Shown: piece after piece, positions 49,557 through 59,897 of the stretch
How positions within the stretch are numbered: position 1 is the first letter of the stretch
How the letters are laid out: every line of letters starts with the position of its first letter
NCBI RefSeq assembly: GCF_964204645.1
Contig: NC_134027.1
Coordinates: 14,602,485-14,666,484 of the forward strand
Origin: Tubulanus polymorphus
Taxonomy: Eukaryota > Animalia > Nemertea
DNA: 64,000 bases
Direction of reading: 5' to 3'
Made by a program: the position numbers and the translations under genes
Notes under the pieces: model-generated
Told to the model about the DNA's origin: nothing
Database searches by the model: none
The model's input: only the letters and a program-made list of their open reading frames with translations

Positions 49557-51273
49557 ACTTCCTTTTTGACAATTTTAATTCAAAATAATAAAATTTTGGA
49601 TTTCAAGATTAATCTCATCTTTTTGGTTTTTCTGCCGGGAATGTGTTGAGTTTTGCAATGTTCCCTCAGGTGTTCCGGAGTTCTACAAGTGTGTTCCCAA
49701 AAGGTGTTCTTGCAGTGTTCCCACTGGTGTTCCAGAGTTCTAAGAGTATGTTCCCAAAAGGAGTTCTCGTAATGTTCCCACAGGTGTTCCATGATTTAAG
49801 TGTTCCAAAACTCTACTCAACTGAAAATGTTCTAAGTAGTGTTCAAGATATGTTCTTAGTTTTTACAGTGTGTAACACTTCTCTGAGCTCTATAATGCAT
49901 ACACTCACCCTTACCATATGCGCATTTATATTATAGTCGAAATAACGTCCGTACGCACGGATTAATGGGAATAACGTCCGTGCGCACGGATTAATCGAAA
50001 TAACATCCGTACGCACGGATTAGCTACAGGAAAATAACGCCCGTGCTCACGGATTAATTGCAATAACGTCCGTGCGCACGGATTAATCGAAATAACATCT
50101 GTGCGCACGGATGAATGTAAATGAATTTTTTTTCTCGTATGTCCCCTCCGGGGTTCCGTTTTATACAAACTTGCACACAAACTCCCAAAATGAATCATGT
50201 CCTATTCATGATAAACACCTAGAATCAAACAAAATACAACTAAAAAATTCACAATACAGATTTTGGTTTCGATTCCTTTAATAGCTGTTTACTTACATGA
50301 AACGAATTATCAAACTACTTCTGCCGACAGCATACCAACTCGCTGACAAACCCCCAAAACGAACGGCGTCATGATAAACATCTGGAATTAAACGTAATAA
50401 AGCTACAAAATTTACAAAATGTCGGTTTTGAATCCCTCAAATAGCCTTACACTTACAAATGATGGATTATGAAACAACAATGAACTCCCACAACGACACA
50501 TGTCTTTAATAATCTACAGTGAAAACCTGGAATTAAATGAATAAATCTTAAAATTCCGATTTGAACCCAACATAGGCCCTCTCTCTACTTGTAGGCCTAA
50601 GATCTTGAAATAGGATAAATAATGTTATGATGAAAGAGGCATAATGATTCGGAAAAAATGGAATTCTTGCAACTGACTAAAAGCGGCTTTTTTGAGAAAA
50701 AGATTCGTTTGGGTCGTAAAATTTATAGCCTAGAACCAATTTCTTCGTCAAAGCGTGATGCACAATTTTGACTGGGTCTATTTTCCACATGGTTGTGAAC
50801 AGAAAATTTGAATAGGCCTAAATAATAGAATAATCTTTCTTAGGTTTCATGATAAAGATGCAGTATTAACTTAGATTAATGCTTATCTTTTACAATTACG
50901 CTTATATTTCAAAGGAAAAAACGCCCAAAGTTGGTCGAACAGGGGTTAGGGATTGGTTGAAGAGGGGCTGTGTGCTGAAACAGGGCTAAAAATGCACGGG
51001 AATGAGTTTGTCGAGTGGAGCTTATTATTCCATCGATCAGGGATAGTGTACTATATAGTCATGCCCATGTTATATATCAAATTGTTCCTTATTAGTTCCG
51101 CTGCATCGCTAAAAACAAATTGAGATAGCTTTCCCTGTATACTTTTACATATTACATCACTTACAACGATAAACGTCCGTCGCCGACTGAAAATTTCGGA
51201 GTGACAAAAACTTCCGCATTGAGAGCGCCACCGCAACAATTCAAATTCAATTCATATATATGGATCGGAAACC

Positions 51274-53822
51274 CATTATGAGAATGCCGGTTTGCTAGCG
51301 TATCTATTTAACACCCGTATTGCTCGGGTTAGTTTTACTATCAACGGGTGGCGCTGTATGTAAATTTCACATAAATCAACGACTTTCGGCTATTAGCGGT
51401 ACTTAAGACCACTTGAAAACATCATAGTCAATTACGGTAGTAGTGAACATAAAAAGATACAGTACAAAGATACAGTACGGTGTACTTAAGGACATGATTC
51501 CATAGGACCCATACCAGAGACATTTTGTTCAGACAAGGACTATTAGTTACACACTAATCTTCATTTTCAGCAATTAACGATCTGGTGAATTAATTAGTGA
51601 TTCCGTCTTTCGGTGGTTCAAGATAAAATGCCCGCAAAATAAGAACCTAACGAACCAGGGCTGACCACAAATTGCCCAACAGATAAATTTTCGAAACGAC
51701 ACAATCCAATCATGTTTGGTATCAAATGTGGCGTGGACCATGGTCTTTTAACTGACCAATGCATGACCAGTACTGACCATATAGTAAATTATTTGTTTTG
51801 CAAACAATTAAGTTGTTTGGTGTCAAATAACTAGATATGATGTGGGCATTGATCTAAAAATTGTTTAACTGACCAATGCTTGACCAGTTACCAGTGCTAA
51901 CCAGAACCCCCATAAGTAATTTATATGTTTAGTGAATCCTTCGTTAGTACTACTAGCTCTTACATTTAAATTTGTCGCTTGAAAAAGTCTTGTCCGATTT
52001 TTGTTGTAGGTAGCGAGCTAACTTTGAAATTCCGCTAAAATGCATAAGATTTTTACGTAGGGTTTTGAACGAACAACGTTTCCATTTGTAATTGTAACGT
52101 GCGCATTTGAGCCTGTAACGTGCACATTTCACTCGCGTGAACGTGCGTATCGGTACCAACATGCGAGACTTGTCAAACTTTTACGATCAAGACTTTTAAA
52201 CTGAACAAAGAAGATATCATATCATATTATATATACATGAATAGATGGAATGATAATGTAGTAGTTTTAAATGTTTCGTAGCTGCTGTCCACTGACCACA
52301 GATAAAAGCTAATTGCCTGATATGAAATATATTTTTGTTATAGAGATGTAGTAGATCAGTGAGAATTCAAACTTATGGTTAATTTTGAGTGATCACAACG
52401 CTAACCAATAGAGAAAGCTGTAAGGCCTAAGAAAGATGCATTAAGTATAACATATCTTTCAATATAATGATGAAGTATTCAACTGGCCATCTGATCACAT
52501 CAACAATAGTTTGACTTATTGAAAAATACCGGAGTGTTAATAGGAAAACCTTGAATTCGAAACAATTCCACACTCAATCGTTTACTTTGAAAACACAATT
52601 TGCATTTTGTGGACATGTATTTTTTTCTGCACCAAAAGCATGAAGTATATTATCTTTGCTTGTAAAAATTTGAAATTTTGGGGAAGATTTTTGGCCTCGT
52701 TAACCTGTGAACACGTCCTTCATAAGTTTTCTAAGACCGACCCTTGAAATAATGCTGAGAGTTTCGAGGATAATTTTGGTAGGATGTAAACTTAGGCCGC
52801 TTCGTATCCGTGGATGGTTGCTAATTATTGATTCTATACACAATAATCATAAGTACCATGAGATTCGATAGAATATCGTTTTTCAATCATACGTACACGA
52901 ATTATCGCGATATAAAGATAAATAATATGTTCATCTACTTTTACGTCTTATACTGTATATTTCTTTAGTAGTATAAATAAAGAGTGGATCAGCAGGTCAC
53001 CTGAGACCATTCCACGATCTAAGGTCAGTTGCCAAAAGTTAGTAAGTTTACCAGTGGATAGTTTACATTTATAATGACAATTAAATTTTCATTGCTAAAA
53101 TAACTTTGTACTTGTTGACTCAAAAGCAGAGAATTGAAAATACGATAATACGATACGAAAACTCAGTGTACAAATTCAAAAAGATTATCTCTAGTGAGAG
53201 ATCGAACGTTGTGTCGTAATTTTCTAATGGTAAAACATGGTTTGAAATTTGAAATGTGTACATATGTGTTCTTGCTCATCTACACTGGCTACCAATCTAA
53301 CAACGGATTAAATTTGAGTGTTTGATGTTATAACAATACCAGTCTGAATTATGGATTCGGTTTCTACTTTTTAATTGAACATTTATATCACATATTTGGC
53401 ATCATTTTTACCAGTATATATTAATAATTGTTAATTTAAACTATCTTTTGAGAAACGGGTCCCAGAGCTGTATCCTTTACTCCTGTAATAGAGGATGCAA
53501 TCTATTTGCGACAAACAGCTAGTGCAAATAGCTAGAAAAGGTAACAATAGTGCATTGGCAAATTTACATTGGTTGTTTAGGTTTTTCGAAGGGGAGAATT
53601 TGTGGGAAAATTAATCATTACTGAGATATATCCGTGGCGAGCTTTTCCAGGGATTTAAAAAGTTGAGCTGTACACAAGGAATTTTGTGTAGTCCAATATC
53701 CGTGATTACCTCTGGCGTGGAGAGATACAATCTAAAACCAACCCTAGAGTCAAATATTTTACCACAATTTTTTATGATCAATAAAAATATTGAGTAATAG
53801 ACATTCAAACAGTATTATCTAA
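51274..53822 (-). repeat. Right arm of the 2.6-kb inverted duplication
   Basis: Reverse complement of 31171-33738; lacks the 108-bp MITE and carries a replacement segment homologous to about 30938-31088. Confidence 0.92.
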
Positions 53823-54164
53823 CATTGGATGCCTGTTGATGATTTCCAATACCTGTGCTGTACTGCTGTTGTCTGGTAGTGTACCTGTAGGCCGCTTTAA
53901 TTATTATATGATTAAATTGGTAAAAGCCTAAAAATCGTCAATTTGCTAATTCAAAGTAAAAACTGCATATCTATGTGTGGATGGTTATGCGTGCGGTGCA
54001 TGTCCGTAGATGTTCCCAGTCTTGCAGTTTCAGTTACGATTGACAGATGATTAATTTCTAGTTTATCATTCGGACTGATAAGATTGCTTTAATCTCCGAT
54101 TAAATGAAGGCCATAGGTCAATGTATGTAATTGTAAACAAAATCGCATACTGGATGACTTTATA

Positions 54165-54375
54165 GTATTCCGCTGCGACGATCTGGTATTCTGCTGCGAC
54201 GATCTGGTATTCCGCTGCGACGATCTGGTATTCCGCTGTGACGATCTGGTATTTCGCTGTGACGATTTGATATTCCTCTGCGACGATCTGATATACCGGT
54301 GCGACGATCTGGTATTATTGCTGCGACGATCTGTATTTCTCAACGATCTGGTATAATTTCTGCGACGATCTGGAT
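54165..54375. repeat. 21-bp tandem repeat, about 10 units (CTGGTATTCCGCTGCGACGAT)
   Basis: Direct inspection; lies in the putative BEL LTR. Confidence 0.9.
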
Positions 54376-54826
54376 TGTGTAGACTACATGATTCCACATC
54401 TATGTGTCGGAGTTTTATTCTACATCAGAGCTGGAACAATTGTTGTAACAGCCCGCAGCTGAGCTATTGGAAGTCAATAGTTCAATGTGTATCAGTTAGT
54501 TAAATTAAAGTTTGTCAACCATGATGTTTAAGTATTGATTACTCAATTTAAGAGAGTACAATCAAAGTATTTTTAAGTATTGGATGCTCAATTTAAGTGA
54601 GTACAATCCAAGTATTTTAAGTAAGTTTAGTGATTACTCAATTTACGTGAGTACTGATCCGCAGCAAGATTTCGTAGTAGCTAAAAATGTTTGTAATGTT
54701 GATTTCCTGAATGCGTTGGTGGTTATTAATGGTTTCAGTCAACAAACGTAGTAAGATGTAGTAAGCAGGTTGTTGTTTGATGCTTTTATCTATCAGCGCT
54801 GACCATAAATAAGCCTGGTGTATCAC

Positions 54827-54844
54827 TGGTGCCGAAACCCGGGA
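54827..54844 (+). promoter_or_regulatory. Primer-binding site complementary to the tRNA-Phe 3' end
   Basis: TGGTGCCGAAACCCGGGA, 1 nt after the LTR end, complements the animal tRNA-Phe 3' terminus UCCCGGGUUUCGGCACCA. Confidence 0.85.
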
Positions 54845-54925
54845 TATTGGTGTATCACTGGTGCCGAAACCCATACTGTTCAGTTGTGCCGGAAACTTTT
54901 GCATTAGTAATTAATTGTTGTTCAA

Positions 54926-55413
54926 ATGGTATACATTTTTATATGCTCACATTGTGGTGCGAAGAACGCATTTTCTAAGAAGCGCCGCGCTACAACCAAC
55001 CCAACATTCGGAAAGCTATTGTGGGAGTCGAACCCACCTCAAACGAAACCATTTGAAATTCCGGTGGAGTTTCGGGAACCATTGTGGGATTCGAACCCAC
55101 TGCCAACTCCGGTCGTCCCTGTTGAGACATTGCGGGATTCGAACCCGCGAAGTGCACGACCATTTGAGATTCCGGAGGAACTTCGAGAGCCGTCGTGGGA
55201 TTCGAACCCACCACTGCACGCTCATGTGTAATACCGGAGGAGTGTCGGGGACCTCTGTGGGATTCTAACCCACTCGCCATGCAGGTCGACACCGATGGGG
55301 CTGCACTACAGCCATTGAGGGGTTCGAACCCTCCACCTTATGAATTGCCAAAACCGTCCAGCCAGGATGGGGAATCGAACCTACATCTGTTTTTTTGGGT
55401 TGGAAATTTTTAA
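54926..55413 (+). pseudogene. Putative ORF0 upstream of gag with seven (W/R)(D/E)SNP-type repeats and one frameshift
   Basis: Repeat cores at 55022, 55085, 55133, 55196, 55258, 55318 and 55369 (spacings 63, 48, 63, 62, 60, 51); N-terminal CSHC followed by KKRR. Confidence 0.5.
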
Positions 55414-55451
55414 AATGTTATTTTAGATTAGTATTCGTTTAAAGATATACA

Positions 55452-56519
55452 ATGTCGACTGGAGGGGAGACGACGTACGGTGCGGGTGGCTCACGGGAAC
55501 GATCCGCTGTAAGCAACGACACTGTTCTGCAGGCCCTCTCTGGCCTTCGCGAACAGGTGGACACAGCCACGGCGTTCATGAATTTCTCTTTTATCCCTAA
55601 ATTTACGGGACGAGACGACCAGTGCGTCTCTGATTGGTTCAAAGGATTTGACCGTTTGGCCGATCTAAGGGGTTGGAACGATGACGCTAAAAAGAAACAG
55701 TTGTATTGGTTTTTGGCTGGCCCGGCCCTAATCTTATTTAATGATCTTCGCATTGATCAGGGAACCGATGCGGCCGGTGGCAAAGTTGTCACTCCCTGGG
55801 AAAATATTGTCCGTGCGTTTTGCGCGCAATTTAGCCCCACCTCGTGGGCTTTGGTCAAGGAGTCGGCTTTGACGACGATGCGACAGGGGGAGACACAACC
55901 GGTCGATAGGTTTGCGGAAGAGATTGATCGTGTGGCCTCGAGTTTGAAATTTTCGGACCACCAGAAAAAGATGTTTCTAATTAACAACTCTCGCCCTGAC
56001 ATCTCTGTCTACCTGTTGTCACAGCGTCCGACGACATTTAGGGATGCATGGGAGGCAGCCAGAATGGCTGAGCATATCGAACAACGTAAAGCTCTGTCGT
56101 CTCCCAAGGTATCGCAAATTGGGACCGAACCAAATAAAGCGATGGGTGACATAATGACTGAGTTACGGGGCATGTTCCGCCAAATTATGGACATCGAGAA
56201 GACTACCCGTACTCAGCGGAATGATAGAGCCACATTTTATAGCGAAAGCCGCCCGTCACAAAGGTCACAGGATGGCCAGGTGGTGTGCTATCAATGTCAC
56301 GCCCCTGGTCATTACGCCAGGAATTGTCCGTCTTGGCGTTACGACCAACAAAGGCCACGGGTCTCGCCAAACCGGGACGCATTTCAGTGTGATAATCGCC
56401 GTCCCCAAATTTCTGGTAGGGGTCAGTTTCGGTCACAGAATCTTGGGCAAGATTCCCAACGGGTTAATCGAACATTTGGTCAGGGAAACGACCGGAGACC
56501 TCATCCTATGGACCGATAA
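55452..56519 (+). CDS. gag: Gypsy Gag, 355 aa
   Basis: PKFTG..WFKGFDRLADLRGWNDD..L.GPA..F capsid-like region, MRQGETQPVDRF, zinc knuckle CYQCHAPGHYARNC. Confidence 0.9.
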   Translation: MSTGGETTYGAGGSRERSAVSNDTVLQALSGLREQVDTATAFMNFSFIPKFTGRDDQCVSDWFKGFDRLADLRGWNDDAKKKQLYWFLAGPALILFNDLRIDQGTDAAGGKVVTPWENIVRAFCAQFSPTSWALVKESALTTMRQGETQPVDRFAEEIDRVASSLKFSDHQKKMFLINNSRPDISVYLLSQRPTTFRDAWEAARMAEHIEQRKALSSPKVSQIGTEPNKAMGDIMTELRGMFRQIMDIEKTTRTQRNDRATFYSESRPSQRSQDGQVVCYQCHAPGHYARNCPSWRYDQQRPRVSPNRDAFQCDNRRPQISGRGQFRSQNLGQDSQRVNRTFGQGNDRRPHPMDR

Positions 56520-58468
56520 GGGTGGGGTCGCGCAATGAATGGTCAACTGAGCCCTCGCCGAACTCGTTAATAAGGAGTTATTATTGGTGGGATGACACAT
56601 ATTCGGGTTATCATAGTTATGATAATGACAGTCCGGTAATTGATAATTATATTTTTGATGATGATGATGATGATTATTTTGAGGACGATAGGGAGGATAT
56701 ATTTGACATGTCATTTGATCAGGGCGACATGCTAGCTGATTCAGTTGACGATTATTTTGGACCTGAGGAAAATTGTACTGCGTATTACTTTCATGACAAT
56801 GAGTCTATGAATTTAGATAGGTTTGCCGGCCATCACACTCCTTCATGGGGTGCTGATGACGTTTATGACATTCAAGATCGTAACTTTGGGGATAGCTGGA
56901 GGGACAATTCCCAGTTGTCGTTAGATGGAAATTTTTATATGGATCAGGGATCCAATTTTGAGGACATCTGGAGGGACAATTCCCAGTTGTCGACTACTTA
57001 CGAGCATATAAAAAGACACAGGAGGGTTACGTTTAGCGATCCGGTTAAATTGCAGGAGGTACGTGCTGATATGGCGTGCTCGGGTGACAATATTAGTATT
57101 GATAGGTCACACCCTAGAGGGGTTAATGGTCCGACGGATTCGGCAGAAGATGACCTTTTTAGAGATAGGAAGTCTCATTTAGTTTGTCACGAAGGCGCTT
57201 TTGATCAGTATCAGTACCCGGTAACTTCCGAATCAGCGGTATAATGTGACCTAGTGTCAGTTGATTTAAGTAATAACAGTTCACGGTCGGAATGTCGTAA
57301 TGATCATCATGATACGGAGACTGTCGTATCAAATGTATCAAATCAGGTGTCAACATCGGAAAATTGTTGTCAGTTATTCGAAAAAGAACAGGATCGTCCT
57401 GTCACCTCGAATACCAGCGGTTTTCATCAACCAATCGGTAATGAAATGTCCAACGTACAGGACAGAGGTCAGGTTGTCCCCACGTCTGAACCGATTATGC
57501 CAACCAACGACAATGTTGGAATAGGAGATTCGAACTCCGAGTTTCAACCTACTATTCACTGACAGGAACAACTTCCACCTATTACGACGACTTTAGGTAA
57601 CACGCCAACCAACGACATAGGGTCTCTTTCTAGTCAGAACAACACTATTGGACAGGAGGCTTATTCCCCGTCAATCATGGCAACTGCCGCCAACCGAGTG
57701 ACTGGTACTCATTCAGGGACACCGTTAAACATTTTGATTGATACGGGTGCCGATATTTCTGTAGTGTCAAACAATTACTTCATCAATCATCCTCAGATAT
57801 CGAATGGCCCTTTGCAGGAGGGACAATTTCAGTCCGCCCGTGGGGTAGATGGTACTAAGTTTGATTTAAAAGGTGTTATTTCCGTAGATTTTGTATTAAG
57901 AAATTTGGACGTGTCACATTCTATGTACGTGGTGGATGGAGTCACCTCGGACTTCATTCTCGGAGTTGATTTCCTGGAACGAAACCAGGCAGTTATCGAT
58001 TATGCCAAAAAGGCTCCCTTGTTGCCAGGCGCCGACATAATTTACTTTAGTAATGATGTCATCTTGGGGAAATCTTCGTCGGTTAAAGTCACGCGTATGA
58101 CTGTTATTCCCCCTTCATGCGATGTCACCGTAGACCGTAAGTGGTTAATTGACAAGTCTCAGTCATCGATTGCAGCCTTTGAGCCAGTACGTGATTTGAG
58201 AATGCGTGATCTCATGAGCGCAAGGTCAGTTGTTAGCGTCATGCCATCAAGGCATAGGCTTCGAGTCACGAACCCTACGTCACGACACGTCACCCTCTTT
58301 GAAGATACGTGCCGTAGTGATTCGTGGACAGATGGGTGGTCACTTGACCGATCACTCAAAACAGAGGCGAAGTCAGGACAGCTTCCTCTGCCACCGGAGG
58401 TGTCTGTCACACATGTGGAAGACCCTCAGACGTCAGACGAAATTTGTAAGTATAATCGAATTATTTAG
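56483..58468 (+). pseudogene. pol: Pol N-terminus via -1 frameshift: long acidic linker plus aspartic protease, two in-frame stops, remainder of pol deleted or decayed
   Basis: Slippery heptamer GGGAAAC at 56483-89. ORF-track ORFs 56522, 57254 and 57677 all share the -1 frame (stops at 57242 and 57560). Protease LIDTGADISVVS..FILGVDFL. Only scraps of RT/RNase H remain downstream (e.g. INSPIRQLTRKK at about 59047). Confidence 0.8.
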
Positions 58469-59897
58469 AGTTTGGATCAAGATGCATACGTCCTATTGAA
58501 AATTATGAATTGTATACGGTAAGCGTCTCTTCAGTAAGTTATCGAAATATAATTACTTAAGTGTTGTAAAACTGAAGTATATATAACGCATTGTTGCCAA
58601 TGAGTTAACTCCTGATCTGGGTTTAATCTAATACAGGAGATAAAGACAACTATAAATAAAAGTGAATAATAGCTTGATTGTCGTGATTGGTTTTTTTTTT
58701 TGCTGAAATATCACTAGTCTCTAGGGTTTATTATCTGTAGTCTGAATGGATGTCATTAATTGTCAGTTAGGAAAGAAAGAGTTATGAAATTTTTATATAA
58801 TCTCTGTATTTTTATTTGATTGTAAGGTACCCTTATCGGATGTGTGAAGATGAGACCGTCGAGATATGACAGCACTACGATGGAAGAATGCCTTCTTCTG
58901 TCAACCGCAATAGATGTTGATGGGTACCCCCCTGATAGTGACCATATGGAGATGGGGACTTGTTGGGAGGTATCCTGAAACTCTATTCGACGCAACTGAT
59001 ATTTTGAAAAACCAGCAACTGGTATGCTCTGGCCGAGATGGGTGATATTAATTCACCGATTCGTCAATTAACGAGGAAAAAGGAACAACTATATACAGCC
59101 TACAACAACGATCTAGGGCGTTGCCGTTTCAACGGGATGGAATCATGCTCGATGATTAGTCATGCGATTCTGGCCATTGTTAGTGGTGTTTGTCACTCTC
59201 GAAGACCTGTTATATACTCACAAACTTAAGTGATGAAGGGTGGACAAAGACACCTGGCCAATGCAATACGAAATATGAAGAAAAGTGATAATTTCCGTAG
59301 ACATTTTAGCGGAGTAAAGCCGAGTGGGTTCAAGATGGCTCCCGTGTAGTTACATTAACATTCGATGGAATGTTGTTCGCTCAAGCCGTAAGATGCGAAT
59401 GCATTACTGTTATATACTAGCTGTGGAGAAAAGACTCCGATATTCACCATAGAACTGTAACGTCTATGTGTGCCAGTGAGCGTGTATTAGTAAAGAAAGA
59501 ATGCGGATTGCCGTACTGAACGATTTAGCGGTATGAGTTGCGGGAACTGCGGTGGATGACGTCATTCGTCCGTCCATGACGTACCTTGTTGTGGCTGGTA
59601 GCTATTGCTTCACTTCGCGGTGAATTTCAAACTCAAACTGTGTACTGTTTTGTGCTTGACTTTTTCATTGTTTAGTGTGCGGAGACAGCGGTCTCAATGT
59701 ACTTTTTTTCCGATTGGGTATCGTGAACTTTAATACGCGTTGTTGTTATGAACTTTAAACATTTACTCGTATAGCATGAATTGTGTTTTTTATTGAGGTT
59801 CTTTTTCAGGATCTGTCTAGGGAGGTTTCAGCGTGATTTACATGAGTTAGTCTAAATTCAAAATTTCGGGTCGAAATTTAAGCTGGATGGGGAGTGA

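Larger units (their letters stand above)
40117..49870 (+). mobile_element. Apparently complete CACTG EnSpm/CACTA element 3 (9754 bp), 2-bp TSD TG
   Basis: Perfect 19-bp TIR CACTGTAAAAACTAAGAAC / GTTCTTAGTTTTTACAGTG; TG at 40115-16 and 49871-72. Subterminal GAACAC/GTGTTC repeats at about 40130-40325 and 49655-49855. Two co-oriented genes. Confidence 0.93.
39942..50161. mobile_element. TA-flanked foldback MITE (arms about 39942-40100 and 49883-50161) split at its centre by element 3
   Basis: CTACGGAACCCCGGAGGGGACATA versus TATGTCCCCTCCGGGGTTCCGT; flanks GTATA and TATAC. Arms contain about 29-32-bp units with the palindrome CCGTGCGCACGG (2 units left, about 6 right). Confidence 0.8.

Noticed and set aside
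54089-54397. SSQRNTR-repeat protein on the minus strand
   Set aside because: By-product of the 21-bp tandem repeat; no other coding evidence.
55020-55385. CRISPR-like repeat-spacer array
   Set aside because: Cores are only about 13 bp and degenerate, spacers are partly homologous to each other, the context is eukaryotic and there are no cas genes.
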